Positions 24,915 to 36,370 of a stretch of 64,000 nucleotides of DNA are shown here, one piece after another. Under the pieces are notes generated by a model. It worked only from the letters and a program-made list of their open reading frames with translations. It searched no databases and was not told the DNA's origin. Position numbers and translations under genes: made by a program. Numbering within the stretch: the stretch's first letter is position 1; every line of letters begins with the position of its first letter. Origin of the DNA: Octopus vulgaris (Eukaryota); contig OX597814.1 in the NCBI GenBank assembly GCA_951406725.2, positions 45,756,001 to 45,820,000 on the forward strand. Reading direction: 5' to 3'.

Positions 24915-27028
24915 ATTTTCGTCCTAAAAAACTTTGTATGGATTGAATGGTTACCTCTATGGAAATATATACACGCACATTATACATACATGTGTGTATA
25001 GATGAATATATAAATACATTTAAATATCTATATACACTTTTGGGCGATCTTTGTGCTACTTAGAGATAACTTTAGATCTTATTTTCATCCTAAAAAACTT
25101 TGTGCGGAGTGAAAGGTTACCGCTATGGAAATATATACACACACATTATACATACATCTGTGTATAGATGAATATATAAATACATTTAAATATCTATATA
25201 CACTTTTGGGCGATCTTTCTGCTACTTGTATATACTTTAGATCTTATATTTGTCCTAAAAAACTTTGTATGGAGTGAAAGGTTACCTCTATGGAAATATA
25301 TACACACACATTATACATACATCTGTGTATAGATGAATATATAAATACATTTAAATATCTATATACACTTTTGGGCGATCTTTCTGCTACTTGGATATAG
25401 GTCTTATATTCGTCCTAAAAAACTTTGTATGGAGTGAAAGGTTACCGCTATGGAAATATATACACACACATTATACATACATCTGTGTATAGATGAATAT
25501 ATAAATACATTTAAATATCTATATACACTTTTGGGCGATCTTTCTGCTACTTGTATATACTTTAGATCTTATATTTGTCCTAAAAAACTTTGTATGGAGT
25601 GAAAGGTTACCTCTATGGAAATATATACACACACATTATACATACATCTGTGTATAGATGAATATATAAATACATTTAAATATCTATATACACTTTTGGG
25701 CGATCTTTCTGCTACTTGGATATAGGTCTTATATTCGTCCTAAAAAACTTTGTATGGAGTGAAAGGTTACCGCTATGGAAATATATACACACACATTATA
25801 CATACATCTGTGTATAGATGAATATATAAATACATTTAAATATCTATATACACTTTTGGGTGATCTTTCTGCTACTTGGATATAGGTCTTATATTCGTCC
25901 TAAAAAACTTTCTATGGAGTGAAAGGTTACCTCTATGGAAATATATACACACACATTATACATACATCTGTGTATAGATGAATATATAAATACATTTAAA
26001 TATCTATATACACTTTTGGGCGATCTTTCTGCTACTTGGATATAGGTCTTATATTCGTCCTAAAAAACTTTGTATGGAGTGAAAGGTTACCTCTATGGAA
26101 ATATATACACACACATTATACATACATCTGTGTATAGATGAATATATAAATACATTTAAATATCTATATACACTTTTGGGCGATCTTTCTGCTACTTGGA
26201 TATAGGTCTTATATTCGTCCTAAAAAACTTTCTATGGAGTGAAAGGTTACCTCTATGGAAATATATACACACACATTATACATACATCTGTGTATAGATG
26301 AATATATAAATACATTTAAATATCTATATACACTTTCGGGCGATCTTTCTGCTACTTGGATATAGGTCTTATATTCGTCCTAAAAAACTTTGTATGGAGT
26401 GAAAGGTTACCTCTATGGAAATATATACACACACATTATACATACATCTGTGTATAGATGAATATATAAATACATTTAAATATCTATATACACTTTTGGG
26501 CGATCTTTCTGCTACTTGGATATAGGTCTTATATTCGTCCTAAAAACTTTGTATGGAGTGAAAGGTTACCTCTATGGAAATATATACACACACATTATAG
26601 ATACATCTGTGTATAGATGAATATATAAATACATTTAAATATCTATATACACTTTTGGGCGATCTTTCTGCTACTTGGATATAGGTCTTATATTCGTCCT
26701 AAAAACTTTGTATGGAGTGAAAGGTTACCTGTATGGAAATATATACACACACATTATATATACATCTGTGTATAGATGAATATATAAATACATTTAAATA
26801 TCTATATACACTTTCGGGCGATCTTTCTGCTACTTGGATATAGGTCTTATATTCGTCCTAAAAAACTTTGTATGGAGTGAAAGGTTACCTCTATGGAAAT
26901 ATATACACACACATTATACATACATCTGTGTATAGATGAATATATAAATACATTTAAATATCTATATACACTTTTGGGCGATCTTTCTGCTACTTGGATA
27001 TAGGTCTTATATTCGTCCTAAAAACTTT
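24915..27028. repeat. Tandem array of 13 units of 159-166 bp inside the Helitron
   Basis: The anchor cctaaaaa recurs with its T at 24925, 25091, 25256, 25416, 25581, 25741, 25901, 26061, 26221, 26381, 26541, 26700, 26859 and 27019. Confidence 0.97.
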
Positions 27029-27569
27029 CCTGTCACACACTCACGCACACGCACACACACACACGCACCCTCACACACACACACGCACACACACTCACGT
27101 TAGCTGACAATTTTATTTATATATTTGCGTGTCTATGTGTGTAAAGAGGAAGTGGGAGGCAGAGTGAAAGAGTCACTCACTACAGAAAGTGAATTACCTT
27201 CATTTTATTCGTTGCACACTGTGTGTGTGCGTTTGCGTGTGGTGTAAACCACACTAAGAGAAGCATTTGACTCATACACCAGAATGTGAGTTTTCTGTAA
27301 ATTTTGCTTAATTGGGGTTGAAATTTTAAAAAGTGGACCTGGCAAAACCCGATGCATTCTACTCTTAAAAATGCTAGGTAAATTGTAATTGAAGAAATCC
27401 TATATTGTAGATTTCTATAAGTGACAAAGGGAGGCAGATAAAATCTGCCTTTTATAATAAGAGATATGTATACATATGTGTATATGTATACATATACATA
27501 TATACATATATATCTATGTCTATGTATGGACCAAAAGTAGCCAGAGACTTACAGACTAAAGGAAAAATC

Positions 27570-27992
27570 TCTCCAATCTGAACTTCCACAAAGCAGACTG
27601 GAAATCAATCCAAAAAGAGATCCTCAGACAGGACTGGCTGAAATGCCTCTCCACACCAGACATTGGCATAAAAACTAGAATATGACCAGTTCAAAAGTAT
27701 CTTTACCACCCCGTTAGAACACAGACAAGTGAACGAACCACTGGATATCTTTGCTGCCTCACCTATAACCAGTGAGGCAGTTACGATGGATTGCATCAAT
27801 ATCAACGAAAAAAAAAATATACTACTAGCGATAGATGAGGTGGACACAAACTCAGCTGCTGGTCCTGATGGTTTCCCAGCAATGCTCCTCAAATCGTGTA
27901 AGCATGCCCTAGAGAAAATTCTACAGATTCTCTTCCAGAGCTTTCTTGCAAATGGCAGGCTGCCAAGCAAACTGAAAGAGGGAATAATATGC
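27570..27992 (+). mobile_element. CR1/Jockey-group LINE ORF2 fragment, internally deleted
   Basis: Translates NLNFHKADWKSIQ...DW, then FKSIFT...AIDEVDTNSAAGPDGFPAMLLKSCKHAL...LPSKLKEGIIC. Confidence 0.8.
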
Positions 27993-28026
27993 CAATATAA
28001 GTGTAAGTATATATATATGTGTGTGT

Positions 28027-29346
28027 GGAAGCCAGCTAGTCTCCTGATAACCTATCAATCAGGTGACTCTGCTTGCCAGATCGATTTCATTCTCACAAGA
28101 CAGCGGCATGCATGGTTGCTCTTAAATACAAAGACCCACCCTAGTGAAGAGTGTAACTTTTACTCGAGGCTTGAAGGATGCCAAAAAGCACACCAATCTG
28201 GAAAAGAAGGACTTGGAAGCTTAGGAATCCTTCACATGGTCAGAGATTTAGGGATATGCTTGTAGCTCTATCTACCAAATTTGTAGCTGGTGCAAAGTCC
28301 CTTCCAGACCTAGGGTGACATGGTAATAGAACAATACTGTAGACAGGGCCATTAGAACAAAGAAACAGATTTGGAATGCCTGGAAGAGTAGGGGTAGCAG
28401 TAGAATGTATCAGATAGCCAAAAGGGAAGCAAAGAGACAGGTATATACAGTCAAGGGAGTAGCAGAAAAGAAGTTTGACAATGTTCAACAATGTGATGAC
28501 CAAAGAACTGAAGTATTTCAGATTGCAAGACAGTGTGTGAGAGAAAACCGTGATGTCATAGGAGAGAAATGTGTCCGCATGGATGATGGTACCTTTGCGT
28601 TTAAAGATTCTGCAAAGAAAGAGGCTTGGAGAATCCATTATGAAAGACTGTTGAATGTGGAGAATGAATGGGAGAAGAGTCTGCCAAAAGTTGACCCAAA
28701 TGAGGGACCAGCTATCCAAATTGACATTACCCAGGTACATAAAGCAATTAAGGATATGAAGACAGAGAAAGCACCTGGCCCATTAGGATTCACTGCTGGG
28801 ATGCTTAAAATATCGGGTGGTGTGGGTTATGGTCTTGTCACCTGCATCGGAAATCAGATAGTTCATGAAGGAGTTGTACAAAATGACTGGTGTAGCAGCA
28901 CCACAGTCAACTGCTACAAGGGGAAAGGTGATGTTTTAGATAGAACTACAGGCATATCAAATTATTGGATCAGGTGATGAAAGTTACAGAGAGGGTCATA
29001 GCCCAACTAATTAGGGAGAGAGTTAGCCTAGATGAAATGCAGTTTGGTTTTGTGCCAGTCAGTTTAGATGAGATGCAGTTTGGGTTCATGCCAGGGAAAA
29101 GCACTACTGATGCTATATTTCTGGTAAGGCAACTGCAGGAGAAATACCTGGCCAAAGATAAACCTCTGTTCTTGGCTTTTGTTGACTTGGAGAAAGCCTT
29201 TGACAGGGTCCCCCTGATCCCTTATCTGGTGGTCAATGCAGAAACTAGGGATAGATGAGTGGCTGGGAAGAGCTGTACAAGCCCTGTACAGGGATGCTGT
29301 CAGTAAGGTGAGGGTTTGCAATGAGTATAGTCAAGAATTCCGAGTA
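28027..29346 (+). mobile_element. RTE LINE internal fragment (APE end to RT N-half), frameshifted
   Basis: LITYQSG..CQIDFILTR, AIKDMKTEKAPGP, YKGKGD, QFGFMPGKSTTDAIFLVRQLQEK, AFVDLEKAFDRVP. Confidence 0.92.
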
Positions 29347-29778
29347 TAATACGTATATCCGAATATGTTATGTGACACTCACTCTATCAAGTCTTCTGTA
29401 ACAATAATAATATTTTTTTGATGTATTCTTTTTTTGCAATGAGGAGAACAGTAATATGTAATTAATTTAATTATAATTAAATTAATTTCTAATTTTTCTA
29501 CCATGTTATTTACATGTTAATATTGCTGTTTGAAATGATTGTTTGCATGGATTAAATTATTTTCAAACTTTTAACATCTCTTCTCCATCTTTAACAGTTT
29601 GTTGAGTTTCTATAGGATATTTGTTCTAGAAATTCTCATAACACACCTAATACTTGTAGCATTTTCATATTCGCAAAATTCTTACAACAGTAAGCTACCA
29701 ATGAAATATGAAGAATCTTTATTAAAAATTGACCTTTTGAACCCCACAAAGTAAAGGATGAAATAGAACTCAACCTTT

Positions 29779-29816
<38 letters not shown>

Positions 29817-29846
29817 GCGAGAATGAAGCAACAAGAATGGATAGGT

Positions 29847-29937
29847 TTTTAGTACAATCGTTTCATACAAGGACAGGTTTTATTAAAAGTTGCAAAAATT
29901 ACAGCATATAAACGTGTCCCGTACTCATCAGCTAAAA
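29847..29937 (-). ncRNA. Type I hammerhead ribozyme motif (left-arm copy)
   Basis: Reverse complement of 30395-30484 with one extra base in the stem II loop. Confidence 0.8.
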
Positions 29938-30394
29938 TACATGTGAGTTCTCTAGACATCCTAGTGGTTGAGGCTATACTCATGAAGTAATGTAGATAAT
30001 TAAGTAACATAAACAGATTTCAAACGTTCATTAAAGTTCTTTAAAGATGATGTACAGTCTTATCACAGAATTTTAAAAAAGTCTTAATAGCATCACAGAG
30101 AAGGTGACCTAATCCATAGTGCACATATGAATTTCCAGAGATATGATGAGGGATTACATCATTATGATGAGTATGTAATCCCTCATCATATCTCTGGAAA
30201 TTCATATGTGCACTATGGATTAGGTCACCTTCTCTGTGATGCTATTAAGACTTTTTTAAAATTCTGTGATAAGACTGTACATCATCTTTAAAGAACTTTA
30301 ATGAACGTTTGAAATCTGTTTATGTTACTTAATTATCTACATTACTTCATGAGTATAGCCTCAACCACTAGGATGTCTAGAGAACTCACATGTA

Positions 30395-30484
30395 TTTTAG
30401 CTGATGAGTACGGGACACGTTTATATGCTGTAATTTTGCAACTTTTAATAAAACCTGTCCTTGTATGAAACGATTGTACTAAAA
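30395..30484 (+). ncRNA. Type I hammerhead ribozyme motif (right-arm copy)
   Basis: Stem I TTTTAG/CTAAAA, core CTGATGA (30401-30407), long stem II GTACGGGACA...TGTCCTTGTAT, GAAA (30467-30470), minimal stem III C-GATT-G, cleavage triplet GUA with cut after 30478. Confidence 0.82.
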
Positions 30485-32023
30485 ACCTATCCATTCTTGT
30501 TGCTTCATTCTCGCTTATAATCACCCCACATTACTGTATTGTTAAATCAGTATAGTTTTTTTTGGTGCATCTAAGTTAGGTACCATATTCAAGTAAATTC
30601 ATTTAAATTAACTTGAATCTTTATTGCTTTTTGAATATATATATATATATATATATATGTTGTTTACACGGTTTTTCTATGCTAGCATGGGTTGGATGAA
30701 TACATGGTATTAATGCATTGTTTGATGCTCTTCCTGCTATGAATGTTACATTTGTACACATGAAAAATAGACTGCCAGTGTTGCTCAAATTATAACAGAA
30801 TGAAATTTAAAAATCATCAAACCTTGGTGCACTGTGTCATCTGTCCCTCTTTACAACTAATTGTGAATTTTAGAAACATCTATTTGTATTTCTATGTCTG
30901 CATTTGAAATCACTTGCTTAAAAGCAATCACTTTTGTATTTCAAACAGAAATCTAAAAAAAATTTTTTAATTCAATTTAAATTACAGTAAGGATGTTATT
31001 TCAAAAGTCCAAGGTTATAATTTTTAACATTTTCTTTTTATGAATAATTTTATTTTAGAAAGTAATAGGTTTGTTTAGCAATATAATTACTATCTTTCAT
31101 TCTTCTACTTTTTAAACGCAGCCATGCTGAAACAAGCAGCTAACTTCAGAACAACTTCCAAAATTAAAAGGCTCCTCTCTTCACCCTTTGGTCTACATTG
31201 TTCAAAAACTTTGCTTAACTGATCTTAATGGGGGTGACTCCTCTGCTTGTTGTTTTTAGTATTAAACACTCCGAGACAAAGTGTCTACTAATTGCTTGGA
31301 TAATCTGAAATAATTCAAGTTCTCCAACTTCCTGTATTACATATTACACACGCAACCATATTTGTACAACTATATATAGACTATTTGTTTTTAGTTTTGT
31401 AATGAGCCCATACAACTAATTTTACAAACAGTGTTTCTTCCAGAGTTGTCTCACTGCTGAAAACCATTAATGGATGTATGTATATCTATTAATATGTGTT
31501 TACATTTGCCTTTATAATGTCAATATAGCAATTAGTAAGATACTGTATTTATTTAGTTATATATATTGAGGTTAATGATCTCTTTCTTTTTACTCTTGCA
31601 ACTTGAGATCTACTCTAGTGTTTGTTGCATACATATACAAGGTAACTGAAATTAATTAAAATAGTTGCTTTAGATACCATATGGGATGTGAAAAACATGC
31701 ATTACACTATCAAAGTGGATTGTAGGCAATTTATTAGTAGATAAAAAAGCTTATGGGTATGTAAAAAAAAAAGGGGGGGGGGCTGGGGCTCTGATAAGAA
31801 AATAAGAAAACTTTTATATATCAACAATGATTTTCCTAAAACAAAAACAGTAGCTTAGCTACAAAAATAGTAGCTTAGCTAAAAGTAGTTTTAATGAAAT
31901 TTGCCAATTATATTTCAAAACTAAATCACTTAGAAAACACAAGATTTGTATCTTGAAACAAAAAAGTTGTTCAAAGAATGTACATTTCCAAAATAGTTTT
32001 CAGAACTTTAGTAGTAAGGAGTA

Positions 32024-32370
32024 GGCGCCACTAAGTGGTAAGAAGGTTGCTTCCCAACCACATGGTTCCACGTTCAGTCCCACTATGTGGCATCTTGGGC
32101 AAGTGTCTTCTACCTTGGGCTGAGCAAAGCCCTGTAAGCGGGTGTGGTTGACGGAAACTGAAAGACGCCTATCGTGTGTGTGTTTTCGTCCCCCCCCTCG
32201 CTTGAAACCGATGTTGGTGTGTTTACGACCCCCGTAACTTAGTGGTTCGGCAAAAGAAACCGATAAAATAAGTACCAAGCTTAGAAAGAAAATAAGTACT
32301 GGGGGCGATTAGTTTGACTCAAAACTCCTCAAGGCGGTGCTACAGTATGGCCGCGGTCTAATGACAGTAA
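32024..32370 (+). mobile_element. CORE-type tRNA SINE (family A)
   Basis: gtggtaagaaggttgcttcccaacca...gttcagtccc...cttgggcaagtgtcttcta...gacggaaactgaaaga, with many CpGs retained. Confidence 0.85.
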
Positions 32371-32619
32371 AGGTAATTTTATGTTTTCTTTCAGTTTTGT
32401 TATTCAGAGATGTTTCAATTAATTTTAATCCGAATAAACTCCCTTTATAGGACTGAACATTTTTTTTTCTCTTTAAGCAGGTTGATAGTTAGATACGGCA
32501 CGTCAAAACACAAACTCTTTCTAAGTGTCTATCCTTAACAGAGAAATTAATGTGAGTATCAACACTTGTGTATAGCATCTGATATCTGATACAGCTCAAC
32601 GAAATTTAATACTATAATT

Positions 32620-33090
32620 GCTCACTCCCACATCGCGTTCATTTAATATTAAAAATAATAATCTTCATAAGAGCAACAATGTTACTAAAGAGTTGTTTCC
32701 CCTGGTCCAAATTAGCTTCGAAAGCAAAAAAAACCTCACTGCGTTCTTTTGAAACCATTAAAAAATACGAAAAGTTAATAATTTTAACAATTATCTTGAT
32801 GCCAAGGACAAATTTTCTGGTATTTTGATACATGAAATAACTTTGAAATGTCAATGAATGTTTTACATGATGCTACTTTTGGAGTTGCACAAATAGCAAG
32901 TGATTTGATGTGAGGGTTGAGACTGGGTGTTAAAAACAAGCTATTACATCGCAGAAGAATTCTTTTAGATATTTAAAATCACACAAAAACTTGTCAAATT
33001 CACTTTTAATTGATTTCTTGATGTCAACATTTTCATAGCGCAACTGCAATCTCGTCACAACAGTATCAGTGGCCACGTCGTAGTTGAGCA
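32620..33090 (-). mobile_element. Possible very old hAT transposase C-terminal remnant
   Basis: FVLGIKIIVKII...VSKERS..FF...ALM loosely follows the hAT dimerisation motif FPNIxxLLKIL...SxERSFS...LAL. Stops present. Confidence 0.3.
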
Positions 33091-33434
33091 AAGAAATTTT
33101 TTACACCTCAAAAAATAAAAAGTGAAGAATAATGTCTATTTCTCTAAGTTGTTACGCAATGAAGGTAACAAGAAATGATAAGTCTGAGTTATTATTAAAA
33201 AAATGCATTTCAAGTCATTCTTTATATCCTGTGAATTCAAGATGAGATTTCATTTTTTTAATATTTATAATACTATTCTGTGTTCTAATATTAAAGGCAT
33301 TAATATGTGTTCTAATATTGTAGTGGAAGGGTATTTTTTTTCTGTAGAGGGGGAGACTTTTTCATTGGTTTGGTCTGAGGGAAGAGGTTCCTGGGGATTT
33401 TGTAGGGTCACCGACATTGCTTTCTTTTCTTTAA

Positions 33435-33652
33435 CCTTTTAACATTCAGATTACTCTGTCAAATGTATTGCTTATATATTCATATTGCTTTGAATTAATC
33501 ATGCATTATCCCATAGCTTGGAGATTTTGATAATGTGATTGATTATTTAGAATGATATTGAAGAGTAGGTGTGAGAGGCTGGATCTGATTGGTTGAAACA
33601 TAAAGTAGGTAGAATATTTGGGCCAAATATGGCTGGTTTAAATGATAAAGGT
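33435..33652 (-). mobile_element. piggyBac-type MITE (family 1)
   Basis: Reverse complement of 12599-12819 with TTAA on both sides and degenerate TIRs. Confidence 0.8.
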
Positions 33653-33999
33653 TTAATGTTTGACAAGTTGGGAGTAAGCCTTGCTTTTCAAGATTCTGCA
33701 ATGAAAGGAGGGTCAATTTAATTGTCTGTATCCTCCCACAGAATGTGTGACCAATATCAGAAAACAATAATTAGTTATGTCCCATATTTTTTAATTCCAA
33801 TTTGCTACCTTCCCTACTTGCCCAGGTACAATGAAATAAATAGTTGTATTGAGATTTATTATAAAACAAAAGATCATATCTATTATTATGCTTTTTTTTT
33901 TCTCTTAAACCTAAATCTAGAGAAAGTGAGATCATGCCCACAACCTTAGCAGGACTTCTCAGATCAGTGAGACTGATGCTGTTAGTATCCTACTTAAAC

Positions 34000-34760
34000 T
34001 GTTCCAAGTTGGAACAGTTTGAATGGGAAATATATATTCAGGGAGAGATTTCTGCATGGCTTATGTTCTAGAGAGATGGGACAGGCCATATTGGTTAGTG
34101 ATTGCAGGAAAGATATGTGTAGTGAGAAAATTTCTTCACAAGGCTGATATTCTAGAGAGATAAGAAAAAACATAGCAGTAAGTGTAGAACCTGGAGGGTT
34201 GGACACAAGGCCAGCCAGCTCCAGAGAGCTGAGGTAAGTGTAGTAGTATTAGAAAAGGCAAAGGAGAAGAGAGCAGGTCTGCAGGCCAGAGGCCTGTGAT
34301 CAATGTTAGCTGGCTTTTCTATTGCAGTCCACCTGTATGAAGTTGTAGCACTATGCCAGATGTGAGAACAATATGCTATTGAGAAACTTTGTAGAAGATC
34401 AATAATTGTTGAGGATTGAAAATATTTTCTTTCAAGAAAAGAGCCAGTTCTTGAGATTCAATTTTTTTATTTCCTGTTCAGAATGTGAGTTCATCAGGAG
34501 AGATTCTCAGTGGTAATGAGGTCTAGTATTAAGAGTGGTTACAAGCACATGAATTGCATGCTGCTTGTAAGTGTGATGAGTTTTTTTTTGTTTTTTGCAC
34601 TGAAAGAGACAAGGCTGGTATGAATCCATCAATGTTGGAATTTGAACTGTTTGGCTGTTGATCATCATGCTTCACAACTAGTTTTGATTTTGATAACGAG
34701 CCATTATAAGTGATTTACCTATCATTAATAACAGCCTTTTATACCTTCTTACATACTATT
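34000..34760 (-). mobile_element. Degraded CR1/Jockey-group LINE RT C-terminal remnant
   Basis: Fragments RKYF...YCSHIW...SSLELAGLV resemble YKxxIRPxxEYCSHIW...CSSELA of these LINEs. Confidence 0.5.
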
Positions 34761-35368
34761 GTTCATGATCACTATTATTTTTATACTTTTAAACTATTTT
34801 AGTTAAAACACTTTTGCTGAGCAATGGTAGACATTTTAATACTTGAATGAGATCTAAACTATTATGCATTTGTCTGTGTTTGATCTTTTCTGTGGTTTAT
34901 GGTTTTACTTTGCACAAAAGTGAGTATCTGTGTGTTCACTTTATCCAGTGGTTCAACTAGGTCCACATGTTAAATTCTTATAGGATTTTTGTAAATATCA
35001 AATGGCTATGAGGATCCACCCAAGTAAAATATTAATCAGAGGGGTCCACAGGTAAAAATATGATTGAGAATCACTGATTTTATCAAAGGCATATTCTGAT
35101 ATGTGTCTTCATTTTGTTCAAATTAGGTAAAATATATCACGGTATATATATATATATAGGCTGTTTCCTTCTATATCAACTCTCTTTCTTTCTCATACAT
35201 CTAATCAGCTAATCTGTGGAGTTGGCAGTGCATTAATAATGATTTATGTTGTAGTGAAACATTACCTTTTTTAAATAATTTTTCATTATTTTAATATTTT
35301 TTTTCAATGTTATGTTTTACTTCCATCCAATGATCAGCAACATGAAAACTCAAAGTAATGATTTATGA

Positions 35369-35575
<207 letters not shown>

Positions 35576-36199
35576 TTGCTTGCATGCACTTATTGTGATG
35601 TTTGCAAATGTGAGTGTACATTTTTATATGTGTAGTTTATTTAAGCCAGTCTAGAGTAACAGGTCACTGAACCAGCTTTGATAACTGCATGCTACATTTC
35701 TATTGAGTACTTCTTTTCTGAATTGTTACCCAACAACATGTGTGTATTTATAGTTAGCATAATTTTATTCCTATTTTCTATAGTGGAATGAGTTGATTTA
35801 TTTGTGTCTGTATCAGAATATCTGTATATATAGCTGGATGTAATATTGTATGTATAGAGATAAGTGCTTGGACTTTAGGGTGTGAACATTTATTATCTTG
35901 GTGTGAATATGTCTGGGAGGGTGTGTATTTACCACTGTTCATATAAGGCATCTGCTTCAAATTCTCAAAGCCTTAACCTAACTTCATGCATGAGTGATTC
36001 TGGTCACTACCAAAGGAACCTAAACAACAATGAACTCTATTTATCTAAGAAACTCAATAGCTGTTCTGCTTTGGCTTAATCTATACATTCCATCACTCTA
36101 ACCCAAGTTTCTCCCTCCTCCATCCAAAAATTCTTTCACCCACACAAACTGTCTATTCTTAATAAATAATAATCCTTTCTACTTTAGTCACAATTCCTA

Positions 36200-36370
36200 A
36201 AATTTTTGGATTGGGAGTGGAGGGTAGCTGCTCACATTGACCCCAAAGATCTATTTTATTGACCCTGAAACAATGAAAGACAAAGTCAGGAATTTGAACT
36301 TAGAAGATAAAGCTGAAAGAAATGGCACAAAGAATTTTGTCTGGTGTGCTAATGATTCTGCCAGCTTGCA
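36200..36370 (-). mobile_element. Degraded Meta-domain SINE (family B)
   Basis: ttttattgaccctgaaacaatgaaagacaaagtc...ggaatttgaact...gctaatgattctgccagc is the reverse complement of 17948-18163. Confidence 0.7.

Larger units (their letters stand above)
24069..27464 (-). mobile_element. Non-autonomous composite Helitron, 3.4 kb
   Basis: On the minus strand: 5' A|TC at 27464, subterminal hairpin CCCGAGCAACGCCGGG and CTAG|T at 24069, AT target, no TSD, Pif1 helicase fragment inside. Confidence 0.9.
29817..30634 (+). mobile_element. Penelope-like element remnant with inverted pLTR-type arms in (TA)n
   Basis: Arms 29817-30159 and 30173-30514 appear identical except for one homopolymer indel. 13 nt spacer, ~120 bp unique tail, (TA)n on both sides, hammerhead motif in each arm. 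Confidence 0.8.

Noticed and set aside
24915-27028. CRISPR-like array
   Set aside because: Whole units are repeated with no unique spacers, there are no cas genes, and the context is eukaryotic and inside a Helitron.
31226-31342. Possible minus-strand terminal exon (EVGELELFQIIQAISRHF...)
   Set aside because: The acceptor lacks a pyrimidine tract and two frames look equally plausible.
32400-33200. Second CpG-retaining region as a promoter
   Set aside because: No adjacent first exon is supported, and TE remnants may explain the composition.
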